Origin: an uncultured virus (IMG/VR IMGVR_UViG_3300026522_001173)
Lineage: Duplodnaviria; Heunggongvirae; Uroviricota; Caudoviricetes
Direction: 5' to 3' (one strand)
IMG/VR virus record: IMGVR_UViG_3300026522_001173
Length of the DNA: 20,000 bases
Below the pieces are notes generated by a model, which ran no database searches, was not told where the DNA came from, and was given only the letters and a program-made list of their open reading frames with translations. A program made the translations under genes and the position numbers. This document shows, piece after piece, positions 8,790 to 16,980 of this stretch. How positions within the stretch are numbered: position 1 is the stretch's first letter; the number at the start of each line of letters is the position of its first letter.

Positions 8790-8790
8790 C

Positions 8791-9570
8791 ATGGGATTTT
8801 CATTTAACGGAACAACCTCCCAGTCTATGGGACTTGCGACAAGAATTACAAACGAATACCGTATGCCGGATCTTAGAAACAACACGATCACCATGCCCGG
8901 ACGGCACGGTGTATTTGATTTTGGAGAAACGGTATCTGAGCGAAAGATACTGATTTCCTGCTTCATTCCTCCGGGAAAGACAGACGAGCAGTTTCTTTCA
9001 AAGAAGGACGCTATTATTGAATGGCTGAATCCGGATAACGGCCTCTGCCAGCTCATTCTGGACAAGGAACCGGGACGAGTGTATGAAGCAAGGCTTACGT
9101 CCGGATTCTCCTTTGACCGGGCAGTCCGTAATTCCTGCACCTTCGATTTGGAATTTTTCTGCCCAGACCCTTATGGCTATGCCATATCAGACGAGACCTT
9201 TGATTTTGCGGAAACCGGAACCTTTACTGCGTCTCGCGCTCTTGGGAATATCGAGTCCTACCCGGTCTACTCCTTAACGGGTGTAATTCCTTCCGGGACG
9301 GACTCGTATATCTCCATAACCACAAACGGCAGTGAGCTTCAGATCATTGGACGGCTTGCCGCCGGAGAAACATTGATTATTGACTCCGATCTGATGACAG
9401 CAAAAGTAGTTGATTCTAATGGAGAAACCCTCCGAAACGGTCTCCCGCTTTTGTCTGAGCTGAATTTCCCGGTCTTAAATACGGGAGATAATACCATCGT
9501 GATTGCTGTGGTCGGTACGAGTACAACATTTACGGAACTGAACATTCAAGCCAGAAGCCGCTGGAGGTGA
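8791..9570 (+). CDS. Distal tail protein (Dit, Siphoviridae tail component)
   Basis: MGFSFNG..S..MGL, 'ITMPGRHGVFDFG', 'LILDKEPGRVYEAR', 'FFCPDPYGY', 'FPVLNTGDNTI' and a C-terminal RWR. Confidence 0.85.
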   Translation: MGFSFNGTTSQSMGLATRITNEYRMPDLRNNTITMPGRHGVFDFGETVSERKILISCFIPPGKTDEQFLSKKDAIIEWLNPDNGLCQLILDKEPGRVYEARLTSGFSFDRAVRNSCTFDLEFFCPDPYGYAISDETFDFAETGTFTASRALGNIESYPVYSLTGVIPSGTDSYISITTNGSELQIIGRLAAGETLIIDSDLMTAKVVDSNGETLRNGLPLLSELNFPVLNTGDNTIVIAVVGTSTTFTELNIQARSRWR

Positions 9571-9576
9571 TATTGC

Positions 9577-12099
9577 ATGGCTCTTAAAAATATATTGAAT
9601 ACCCAAGATGCCTTCACCGGCGAGTTTCCGGCTGCATGGGCTCCAGACGGTCTCTGGCGCTTTAACGAGTCCGAACCGGATGCAGATGATTATCTGGCGG
9701 ATTCCTCCGGGAAGGATCGCAAGGCATATATTCATAACTGGAGCGGAACAACCGCAGATATGAAAACAGGCAATTTCGGTCGCTATTTTCAGATGAACAT
9801 CAATAATCCTTCATCGGAGAAAACCTACCTGAAAGTAGAAAACGACGGCAGCATCTTCTCAAACCTCGGTGAAACCATCGTGGTCGGCGGCTGGATGAAG
9901 CCTACGACATATTCAGTCGGCAACACCTATACTCCGATCTTGAATACCCGCTACGGTTCCGGGCAGCCGATTTTCTATCTGTCGCTGATCAGAGGAAAAC
10001 CGAGGATTATGCTGTATAGCTCCTCCGGTTCTCTGATCCTCGATACGTCTGTAACGCCATCATTCTCTTTGCTAAACGGCTACTGGTATTTTATCGCATG
10101 CGTGATTAAGCCAAATGCCAAGACAGCGCAATACATCCTTGGCGATAAGAGCTCCGGCACGATTTGGCAGTCAAGTGTGCTGACCTTTACCGGAGAGCTG
10201 AACCGTAGCTGCGTGGCTGACCTCATCTGGGGAATGCACGCGGACTCCTACTGGTACGCAGGCGGCTTTGATGACTGGTTCCTCGACTGCGATTCTGATC
10301 TAACCGCCGATGACCTTGCAGAATATTTTCTGGAATCGCTCTCCGCAAACGGTGCAGATCTGACCGGTGATGTGGACGCTCTGACGACACCGGATGTCGT
10401 TACACTTCGAGCTACAGACTCTGTCTATCCGTCAAGCGGACAGCTCATTACTGCAGCAAGGGACTGTGGCGTGACTGGAAACGGCAGAGTTTCTGTGAAG
10501 GCGGATTACTCTCCGGGAGAAACCTCTATCTCGCTTGTGGAAACAGCCACCTCGGACGACCTAACCACTTGGACAGAGTGGCAGGCTGTCGGTGCAAACG
10601 GCGAGCTGGAATCTCCTGCAAAGAAATATATTAAATACCGCGTCACGCTCTCTACCACAAATACAGCAAGGACGCCTACGCTGACATCTATCAGCCTGTA
10701 CGATAATCCAAAGCCGCTCTATACCAAACTTGGCTATGCAAGACCGGTCATTCTGGACTCAGACGGGAATGTGGAAGCCGTGCTGGATAACGCCTATGAC
10801 ATCATTGTGACCAGTGAGATCAACGGCGTGGATGAGCTGGAATTTAAGCTGCCGTTTCAGGACAGCAAACGCGCCTATATCGATAACGAAAAGACCGTGC
10901 GTATTGTCAGCGACACCTATCGCATCCGCACGATTACGGACGACAAGGAAGAAAGCGGCAAGGCCATCACCACGGTCTATGCGGAAGCGGCATTCTATGA
11001 TCTTGCCTACTCCGTGAAAAAGGACGAGATTACCTTTAACGCAGACGCGGCTGATGTGCCGATGGCTTATGCCCTGCAGGGTACCGACTGGGATGTGGGC
11101 ACGGTTAATGTCTCCACAAAGCGTACTTGGACTTGCTCTGAGAAAAACGCGCTGGCGATTCTACGTGCAGTACAGAACATTCACGGCGGCGACCTGATTT
11201 TTGATAACGCAAACAGGATTGTGAAGCTCCTAACCTTCTCCGGTGAGGATTCCGGCGTACTGTTCTGCTACAAGAAAAATATGAAATCCATCCAACGCGT
11301 CATTGATACGACCAGCCTGATTACAAGGCTTTACGCCTATGGCAAGGACGGCATGACCTTTGCTTCGATCAATGGCGGCAACGAATATGTGCAGGACACG
11401 ACCTATACTTCCGAAATACGAATTGCTACGCTGGATTGCTCGAACTTCACCAATCCATATCAGATGCTGGAATATGCCAACATGCGACTTGCAGACTATG
11501 CCTCTCCGCGTATCTCCTATGTGCTAAAGGCGATGGATCTGTCAGTATTGACCGGCTATGAACATGAAACATGGGCGCTGGGCGATACGGTCATGGTGAA
11601 GGATGATGACCTGAACCTGTCTGTAAAGACCAGAATCGTCCGCAGGGAATACAACCTGCAGGAGCCTTGGAATACGGTGCTGGAGCTTTCCACTACCCTC
11701 CGGGAGCTGGGCGATTCCTCCTCACGCTGGGATAGCGCAGCCGATACGCTGGAGTCTACCGATCTGATAGACAGTCAGGAAATGAAGGATCTGGTGCCGT
11801 TTAATCACCTGCGTAATTCCAGAGCAGATTCCGGTCTTACCTACTGGCAAAACTCCGGATTTACCGTGGATGCAGATAATGGCGTATCCGGCACGGCTTC
11901 CTTCAAATGCGAAGGTGCGCTGAATACCACAAAGAGTCTTTCACAGACCATAACGCCCGCCAACCGGCAGTGCTATACCTTTTCGGCGCAGATTGCCTCT
12001 GAGAATCTCTCAAAAGGTACGAATGGACAGGTGGGCATTGAGGTGACCTTTGAATACGAGGATGGAACAACGGAAACACGATTTATAGACCTGATCTGA
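9577..12099 (+). CDS. Phage minor tail/baseplate protein: N-terminal LamG/ConA-like domain, Tal-like core, C-terminal partial CBM-like domain
   Basis: 'GLWRFNE', 'GGWMKPT' and 'WYFIACV' are LamG-like. 'EINGVDELEFKLP', 'KNMKSIQRVIDTTSLITRLYAYGKDG' and 'LGDTVMVKDDDLNLSVKTRIV' fit a prophage tail protein. Follows Dit. Confidence 0.85.
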   Translation: MALKNILNTQDAFTGEFPAAWAPDGLWRFNESEPDADDYLADSSGKDRKAYIHNWSGTTADMKTGNFGRYFQMNINNPSSEKTYLKVENDGSIFSNLGETIVVGGWMKPTTYSVGNTYTPILNTRYGSGQPIFYLSLIRGKPRIMLYSSSGSLILDTSVTPSFSLLNGYWYFIACVIKPNAKTAQYILGDKSSGTIWQSSVLTFTGELNRSCVADLIWGMHADSYWYAGGFDDWFLDCDSDLTADDLAEYFLESLSANGADLTGDVDALTTPDVVTLRATDSVYPSSGQLITAARDCGVTGNGRVSVKADYSPGETSISLVETATSDDLTTWTEWQAVGANGELESPAKKYIKYRVTLSTTNTARTPTLTSISLYDNPKPLYTKLGYARPVILDSDGNVEAVLDNAYDIIVTSEINGVDELEFKLPFQDSKRAYIDNEKTVRIVSDTYRIRTITDDKEESGKAITTVYAEAAFYDLAYSVKKDEITFNADAADVPMAYALQGTDWDVGTVNVSTKRTWTCSEKNALAILRAVQNIHGGDLIFDNANRIVKLLTFSGEDSGVLFCYKKNMKSIQRVIDTTSLITRLYAYGKDGMTFASINGGNEYVQDTTYTSEIRIATLDCSNFTNPYQMLEYANMRLADYASPRISYVLKAMDLSVLTGYEHETWALGDTVMVKDDDLNLSVKTRIVRREYNLQEPWNTVLELSTTLRELGDSSSRWDSAADTLESTDLIDSQEMKDLVPFNHLRNSRADSGLTYWQNSGFTVDADNGVSGTASFKCEGALNTTKSLSQTITPANRQCYTFSAQIASENLSKGTNGQVGIEVTFEYEDGTTETRFIDLI

Positions 12100-12112
12100 A
12101 GGAGGAATTTCT

Positions 12113-12304
12113 ATGGCTTCATTTACACACGTGGCACAGGATGTCTCTCCTCAGTATGGCCGCGTCACAAAGATCACCATCCGGGTATGCGTGACCGACT
12201 GCACCGGAACTGTATATATCACAGATATGCTCCTGCAGGGCGGCTCCATCGCCACCGGCTGGGTAGGCCATGTATCAGAAATTCAATGGACGGAGGACGG
12301 ATAA
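12113..12304 (+). CDS. Small tail-associated protein (63 aa), half beta-sandwich-like
   Basis: RBS AAGGAGG; similar to the N-terminus of the next gene. Confidence 0.75.
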   Translation: MASFTHVAQDVSPQYGRVTKITIRVCVTDCTGTVYITDMLLQGGSIATGWVGHVSEIQWTEDG

Positions 12305-12883
12305 ATGCCGGAGTTTACACGCTTTACAGAGACAATAACAAAAAAGCAGGATAAGCGCGTCGTAAACATTACGGTAAAGCCAACCGTCATAGATTGCACC
12401 GGTTCGGTCTGGTTTACCGACCTGATACTGCAGGAAGGCGATAAAGTCACAGGCTTTGTCATCAACACCGAAACACTTCTGGAAAAATATGATGGCGATG
12501 ATGCGAAAGCAGGCAAGAGATTTTATAACGGCATCGTCCGTTCTGCTGCGACCTGCATTATCTACAATCTCGGCTCCACTGCTGCCGGTCTTGACTACAA
12601 GGTCTATCCGATTCAGGCGATGGCTGCCGGGAGTATATCGCTTGCGCTGGGTGAAGGTGCTCATAAGGCAACTTTCAAAGCGGCAGCGGCTGCCGGTGAT
12701 GAATTTGACCTTTTCGCTTCTACGAGGGAGTGCCTGAAGAACGGCGCTGCAACAGCCAAGGACGGCTTTTTCCAATACTCTGCTGCCGGTGACAGCAAGC
12801 ACCCAATCACAGTCGAGGATAAAAAATCGGCTCGAATCTATGTAGAATTTCAGGAAATGCAGGACGGAGGTGATGCCCTGTGA
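12305..12883 (+). CDS. Tail-associated hypothetical protein (192 aa)
   Basis: RBS GGAGG; starts directly after the upstream TAA; GTGA overlap with the GH18 gene. Confidence 0.75.
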   Translation: MPEFTRFTETITKKQDKRVVNITVKPTVIDCTGSVWFTDLILQEGDKVTGFVINTETLLEKYDGDDAKAGKRFYNGIVRSAATCIIYNLGSTAAGLDYKVYPIQAMAAGSISLALGEGAHKATFKAAAAAGDEFDLFASTRECLKNGAATAKDGFFQYSAAGDSKHPITVEDKKSARIYVEFQEMQDGGDAL

Positions 12884-14652
12884 GCTATGATTATTTGAAA
12901 GGCCGCAAGTGCATGGTCTGGACATTCATGGGCAATTCCAGAATGTATCAGGCACTTGCCGCATATGGAGACCGCCTGTCACAGGTGGGTCTCTTTTCTT
13001 TTAAGGTATCGCGCACCGGTATCATCACGGAAAGCGGCGTGGCTATTTCCAACATGCTGACCTACATAAACCGATGGCCGCACATCAAATGGCTCCTGAC
13101 GATATCCAACGATGGCACGAACAGTATCTTTGCAGCTCTCCGTGATAACACCGACGGCGCTCAGGATACTTTCCTTTCGGAGATCGTCCGCATTATGGAA
13201 AAATACCCGTGGTGCGACGGCATCGACATTGACCTTGAGAAAGGCGACGGATATTCCACGCACGCTGCTTCTACGGCGATGTTTCGGAATATCTATAACA
13301 CAGTAAAAGGATATGACAGCAGCAAGCTCATGAACATATGCCTGCCGGGTATGAATTCCATCAACGGCTCGGTCGGAGGTGAAAACTGGTGCGTTTACGG
13401 CGATCTCAACGCTTACTGTGATACGGCGGCCATCATGAGCTATGGCATGGCGTGGGCGGGCTCTGCTCCCGGAGCCGTCTCTCCAAGGGACTGGCTGGAG
13501 GGCATTTACGACTACGCGGTCACGGTCATGAATCCGGAGAAGATATTCTTCGGCCTTCCCGCATACGGCTGGAACTGGCAGATTTATGACCTTCCTGCAA
13601 ACCTTGGTAAAACCTATCGCGGCACATCAAATACCTACTATGCGGCAAAGAACTGGATGACCGGGCAATACAACTTCACGGACGATGCTCCACCGCAGCC
13701 CTTCATCCCGATCCTCGCATACTGGGACGATTATGACATGGTACCTTGGGCGCTTCCACAGGTCTACGACTTCATGGAAGGCAGGGACGCCACAAGCTAT
13801 GAGTATCCTTTGATGAACGGAACCTATAACAGGCGGCATTACCTGACCGCTTACAGCAAAGAGCAACACACAGAGTTCGGCACCATTTATGTGGATGCGG
13901 ATGGAACGACAAGCTCCTACTCCGGCATCGTATCCTTTGAAAACGGCGTGGCCACTCTCGGTGATGCTGGCTCTGCCACATATACCTTTTCCGTATCAAG
14001 CGCCGGAACCTACGACATCGCCATCCGCCTCTGTTATCCCTTCTGGGATAAAAACGGCATCTATGTTTCGATTGACGGCAACACGACGCATTTTACGGAA
14101 AGCAGGCTCTGGTGGCCATATTGGAGAAGCACCTTCTGGACGACGCTCGCCAGCAACATTTCACTATCTGCCGGGACGCACACCATCGTGATATCCGTAG
14201 ATGTAAAAGGCGTACAGTTTTACGGCTACCGTGTTTGCAGCAGCTTTTCGGAGGCTCCCTCTGCAGGCAGCGCGACCTTTACACTCTCTCCACGCCACTT
14301 TATCGACGTGGACGGCAACGAGTGTCAGCCGGATAGAGCCTTCAAGCTCACCTGTGAAATGCTGAGGCGAAAGCCAGACTCTGCCCTCATCTGGTATGAG
14401 GATTTCCGGGACTATGGTGTGCTGCAAACAAACTACTGGACGACGCTTTCAGGCTCTTGGACGGTATGGCGTGAAGATGAATATTCCGAAAGTCGCGTTT
14501 ACTCTCATCTTGACGGCTCCGGAAAGCTCGCATGGCAATACGATGGTTTTTCCGATATTCACCTGCGGGCGGCTTGTCCGGGTCAAGTCCAAAATCATGC
14601 GCCAGCTTTTTCGCCGCCTCATAGCTGCCCAGGCCAAACAAACGGGCGGTGA
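12880..14652 (+). CDS. Tail-associated glycoside hydrolase family 18, C-terminally truncated at ~14570 with a non-native tail
   Basis: Intact DxDxE motif (CDGIDIDLE), IMSYG, KIFFGLPAYGWNW, then a CBM-like segment. After FSDIHLRA the frame runs into the antisense strand of the CHC2 gene. Confidence 0.85.
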   Translation: MSYDYLKGRKCMVWTFMGNSRMYQALAAYGDRLSQVGLFSFKVSRTGIITESGVAISNMLTYINRWPHIKWLLTISNDGTNSIFAALRDNTDGAQDTFLSEIVRIMEKYPWCDGIDIDLEKGDGYSTHAASTAMFRNIYNTVKGYDSSKLMNICLPGMNSINGSVGGENWCVYGDLNAYCDTAAIMSYGMAWAGSAPGAVSPRDWLEGIYDYAVTVMNPEKIFFGLPAYGWNWQIYDLPANLGKTYRGTSNTYYAAKNWMTGQYNFTDDAPPQPFIPILAYWDDYDMVPWALPQVYDFMEGRDATSYEYPLMNGTYNRRHYLTAYSKEQHTEFGTIYVDADGTTSSYSGIVSFENGVATLGDAGSATYTFSVSSAGTYDIAIRLCYPFWDKNGIYVSIDGNTTHFTESRLWWPYWRSTFWTTLASNISLSAGTHTIVISVDVKGVQFYGYRVCSSFSEAPSAGSATFTLSPRHFIDVDGNECQPDRAFKLTCEMLRRKPDSALIWYEDFRDYGVLQTNYWTTLSGSWTVWREDEYSESRVYSHLDGSGKLAWQYDGFSDIHLRAACPGQVQNHAPAFSPPHSCPGQTNGR

Positions 14653-14839
14653 ACTCAATCACATCGCCGTGAGCCCCGCAGCCAAAGCAGTAGAAATAAT
14701 CCTTGTTCAGTTTCATGCTGGGGTGCCGGTCATCGTGGAACGGACAGCGGCACATCCCATTCCGCTGCACCTCCACTCCGTAGTGTTCGGCAGCCTGCGG
14801 GACGGTCACGTTTGCCTTTACAAATTCGTAGATACTCAT
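14564..14839 (-). pseudogene. Truncated CHC2 zinc-finger (DnaG-type zinc-binding domain) protein of an integrative mobilisable element
   Basis: MSIYEFVK...CRCPFHDDRHPSMKL...FYCFGCGAHGDVIEF...EAAKKLAHDFGLDPDKPPA, with RBS AAGGAGG. The frame continues to 14387 only as antisense of the GH18 gene. Confidence 0.8.
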
Positions 14840-14925
14840 GTGTTTTCCTCCTTGATTTTTCGTACAGGTTTTCCCTGTCACTTCAATGTACGGAGAAAAA
14901 GGGGCCATCCCGAAAAATCCGTCAG

Positions 14926-14966
14926 TTTTGCAAGAAACAAAAAAGCAGCCCTGAAATCTTGCAAAA
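14926..14966. repeat. Perfect 10-bp inverted repeat in the divergent intergenic region
   Basis: TTTTGCAAGA (14926-14935), 21-nt spacer, TCTTGCAAAA (14957-14966). Confidence 0.6.
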
Positions 14967-15005
14967 ATGCAAAACCTCAGAGCGGCAGATGTTCACAAAG
15001 ATATG

Positions 15006-15034
15006 TTGATATTATTCCGGTTATGGAATATAAT
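15006..15034 (+). promoter_or_regulatory. Sigma-A-type promoter with overlapping operator-like palindrome
   Basis: TTGATA-17 nt-TATAAT. TATTCC-N6-GGAATA (15013-15030) overlaps the spacer and -10. Confidence 0.7.
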
Positions 15035-15066
15035 TTATATAGAATCAGGAAAGGACATAATAAACC

Positions 15067-15255
15067 ATGAAATACCTTTCTACCTTTGAAGCAGCAGAGA
15101 AATGGGGGGTATCGCCCCGGCGTGTCGGCGTTCTCTGTAATGAAAACCGCATCCCTGGCGCACAGCGAGCAGGCTGCCGCTGGATCATCCCGGAAAATGC
15201 GGAAAAGCCAAAAGACGCCCGCATCAAAAGCGGGAAATACATCAAGAAAAACTGA
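15067..15255 (+). CDS. Small HTH DNA-binding protein (excisionase/HTH_17-like)
   Basis: MKYLSTFEAAEKWGVSPRRVGVLCNENRIPGAQRAG..WIIP; RBS AGGA. Confidence 0.85.
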   Translation: MKYLSTFEAAEKWGVSPRRVGVLCNENRIPGAQRAGCRWIIPENAEKPKDARIKSGKYIKKN

Positions 15256-15269
15256 GAGGGGGCTTGGAT

Positions 15270-16106
15270 ATGGAGCAGCGGTATCTTCCCAGCACGCCGC
15301 AGCAGCGGTTGCAGGACTTGATGAAGGAACATAAAATTACGCAAGCGGTTCTGGCCAAGAAAATCGGAGTTACCGAAAGCACTCTGAGCCGTTTTATCAA
15401 CGGTACAAAGGATACGCTCAGCCTGGATCAGATGATTAGCATTGCCCGCATCTTCAATGTTTCTACCGATTTTCTCCTGTGCATGACTGATGTCCCTGAC
15501 CGGAAAAACTATGACATTTCCGAGCTGGGATTGTCCGCTGAAGCGGCACGGAACCTTTATACCGGCAGAACCAATCCGCAGGTGGTAAGCCGTCTGCTGG
15601 AAAACCGCCGCTTCGCCCAGCTTACCAATATGATTGCGCTGTATTTTGATGATACCCTTGCCTCTGGTTTTGCGGTGCAGAATCAGATAGTTCAAACGCT
15701 CAGTTCCATGCTGTTGGGAACAGGAAAAGAACAGCCTGATGCCAGGAAAGCGGCCCAGCAAGCAGCACAGACTGCATTACTGAATAAGGTGCCCGTCTAT
15801 CAGGCAGACCTGACCAATATCCAAAATCAGTTTATGGCTGTTTTGCGGGAGATCAAAAAAGAAATCGGCACGGAAACAGGGGAGCCGCTGACCAAAGAAA
15901 TGGTGGAACAGATGTATTCGGAAACGATGAAAGGGCAGGATGCACTGCATCCATCTGTTTCGCCGGAACAGTTTGTGGATCTGATTATTGCCAGTGTCTC
16001 CGGGATGGAGCTTGCCGATGCCGATTCTCTGGGGGAAGTGCGGCAGGCACTGCTTCACATGGTACAGCGGATGGCGGAACAGGATCATGAAGCCAAAAAC
16101 AAATGA
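15270..16106 (+). CDS. XRE-family HTH transcriptional regulator with extended C-terminal domain
   Basis: RLQDLMKEHKITQAVLAKKIGVTESTLSRFING...IARIFNVSTDFLL. ATG 15270 fits the GAGGGGG RBS spacing better than TTG 15264. Confidence 0.88.
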   Translation: MEQRYLPSTPQQRLQDLMKEHKITQAVLAKKIGVTESTLSRFINGTKDTLSLDQMISIARIFNVSTDFLLCMTDVPDRKNYDISELGLSAEAARNLYTGRTNPQVVSRLLENRRFAQLTNMIALYFDDTLASGFAVQNQIVQTLSSMLLGTGKEQPDARKAAQQAAQTALLNKVPVYQADLTNIQNQFMAVLREIKKEIGTETGEPLTKEMVEQMYSETMKGQDALHPSVSPEQFVDLIIASVSGMELADADSLGEVRQALLHMVQRMAEQDHEAKNK

Positions 16107-16749
16107 GCAGCTCTGCGTACTGGCACAGCGAGGGGATGCACAGGCGCAGGAGCAGCTGGTAAAAAACAATCTGGGATACATACAAAAGGTTGCAAATGAA
16201 CTGTATCAAAGCGTAGGGCTGGGCAACAGTGAGCTTGGCATCGACCACGATGATCTGATTCAGGAGGGAAGCATCGGCCTTTTACGGGCTATCTCCCTGT
16301 ACGACCCTGACAAGAAAATAAAGTTCTTGACCTATGCCGGACAAGCCATCCGCAACGCCATGATGGATTTGATTTCCGCCGCCTTTGCCACCTTTGAGCA
16401 GCGGCTGCAATCAAAAGAGGATGGCTTTCCTATGGAACGGATCAATCTGGATGATCTGCTCCCCGGCGAGGACTCCATGCAGCGTTCCGAGCTGATCGCT
16501 GATCCGTATGCCGCTGAGCCAGAGAAGATCCTGATTGAAGAAGAAAACCGGCGGGAGCTGTACGAGGGACTGAGACGCATTCCCGCAAGAGACAGGGCAT
16601 ACCTCCTGTACCGATTTGGCTTTGAGGACGATCTGGAACACCCTCTGATTGGGACGGCGTTGCATTTCCATCTCAGTGAAAGTCGGGCAAAGTCAACCGA
16701 GGCTCTGGCGCTGGACAATCTATGGCTGGAACTGCCGTGGTGGTTTTAA
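16087..16749 (+). CDS. Sigma-70 family RNA polymerase sigma factor
   Basis: Region 2: AQRGDAQAQEQLVKNNL...DDLIQEGSIGLLRAISLYDPDKKIKFLTYAGQAIRNAM; divergent region 4. ATG 16087 overlaps the end of the XRE gene. Confidence 0.85.
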   Translation: MKPKTNEQLCVLAQRGDAQAQEQLVKNNLGYIQKVANELYQSVGLGNSELGIDHDDLIQEGSIGLLRAISLYDPDKKIKFLTYAGQAIRNAMMDLISAAFATFEQRLQSKEDGFPMERINLDDLLPGEDSMQRSELIADPYAAEPEKILIEEENRRELYEGLRRIPARDRAYLLYRFGFEDDLEHPLIGTALHFHLSESRAKSTEALALDNLWLELPWWF

Positions 16750-16806
16750 CGATAGATGCTGTGGCAGGACGGGGGCTTTTGATATACCTTTGTTCCGCTG
16801 CTGACC

Positions 16807-16850
16807 GGCTGGAAAAAGCTGCTTTCTGCACCTTCTTCCAGCCTTTTCCT
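16807..16850 (+). terminator. Possible intrinsic terminator of the HTH-XRE-sigma operon
   Basis: GGCTGGAA...TTCCAGCC stem followed by TTTTCCT; the loop is long. Confidence 0.45.
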
Positions 16851-16955
16851 GTTGCTCAGACTGCCCCATTTATAGGGCAACCTTTCCCACCAGAACGCCG
16901 GAATTGCAGCACAGATTCAAGGGTGTGCTACATTTCCGGCTGCCATCCGCTCTAC

Positions 16956-16980
16956 AAAGGTATAACACACTAGACTTTCC
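16956..16980 (-). other. MOBV-family origin of transfer (RSA / pMV158-type oriT)
   Basis: Minus strand GGAAAGTCTAGTGTGTTATACCTTT closely matches the pMV158 nic region (AAAGTATAGTGTG^TTATACTTT) and the RSA core (AAGTCTAGTGTGTTAGACTT) as I recall them. Predicted nic between 16966 and 16965. Confidence 0.75.

Larger units (their letters stand above)
1..14570. mobile_element. Rearranged, probably defective siphovirus-like prophage (continues beyond the left edge)
   Basis: Replication, packaging and tail genes are present, but the tail block has opposite polarity and is truncated at both ends. Confidence 0.8.

Noticed and set aside
8664..9140. 158-aa minus-strand ORF at the left junction
   Set aside because: Antisense to Dit and the TMP remnant; no recognisable features.
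8665..14565. CAGGCGA (8665-8671) and TCACCTG (14559-14565) as inverted recombination sites of an invertible tail cassette
   Set aside because: Only 6 of 7 bp match, which is expected by chance. No invertase is present, and flipping the segment would not restore any of the truncated genes.
9577..14652. Diversity-generating retroelement acting on the tail genes
   Set aside because: No reverse transcriptase and no TR/VR pair differing at adenines. The 12113/12305 similarity is diverged, protein-level paralogy.
2585..14966. Shared TTGCAA core in the phage late promoter and the element's inverted repeat, suggesting regulatory cross-talk
   Set aside because: A 6-bp palindrome in different arrangements (direct versus inverted); too short to support the claim.
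14387..15070. Full-length 173-aa (-) and 224-aa (+) ORFs spanning the right junction
   Set aside because: Products of the fusion. Only 14564-14839 (-) is native CHC2 sequence.
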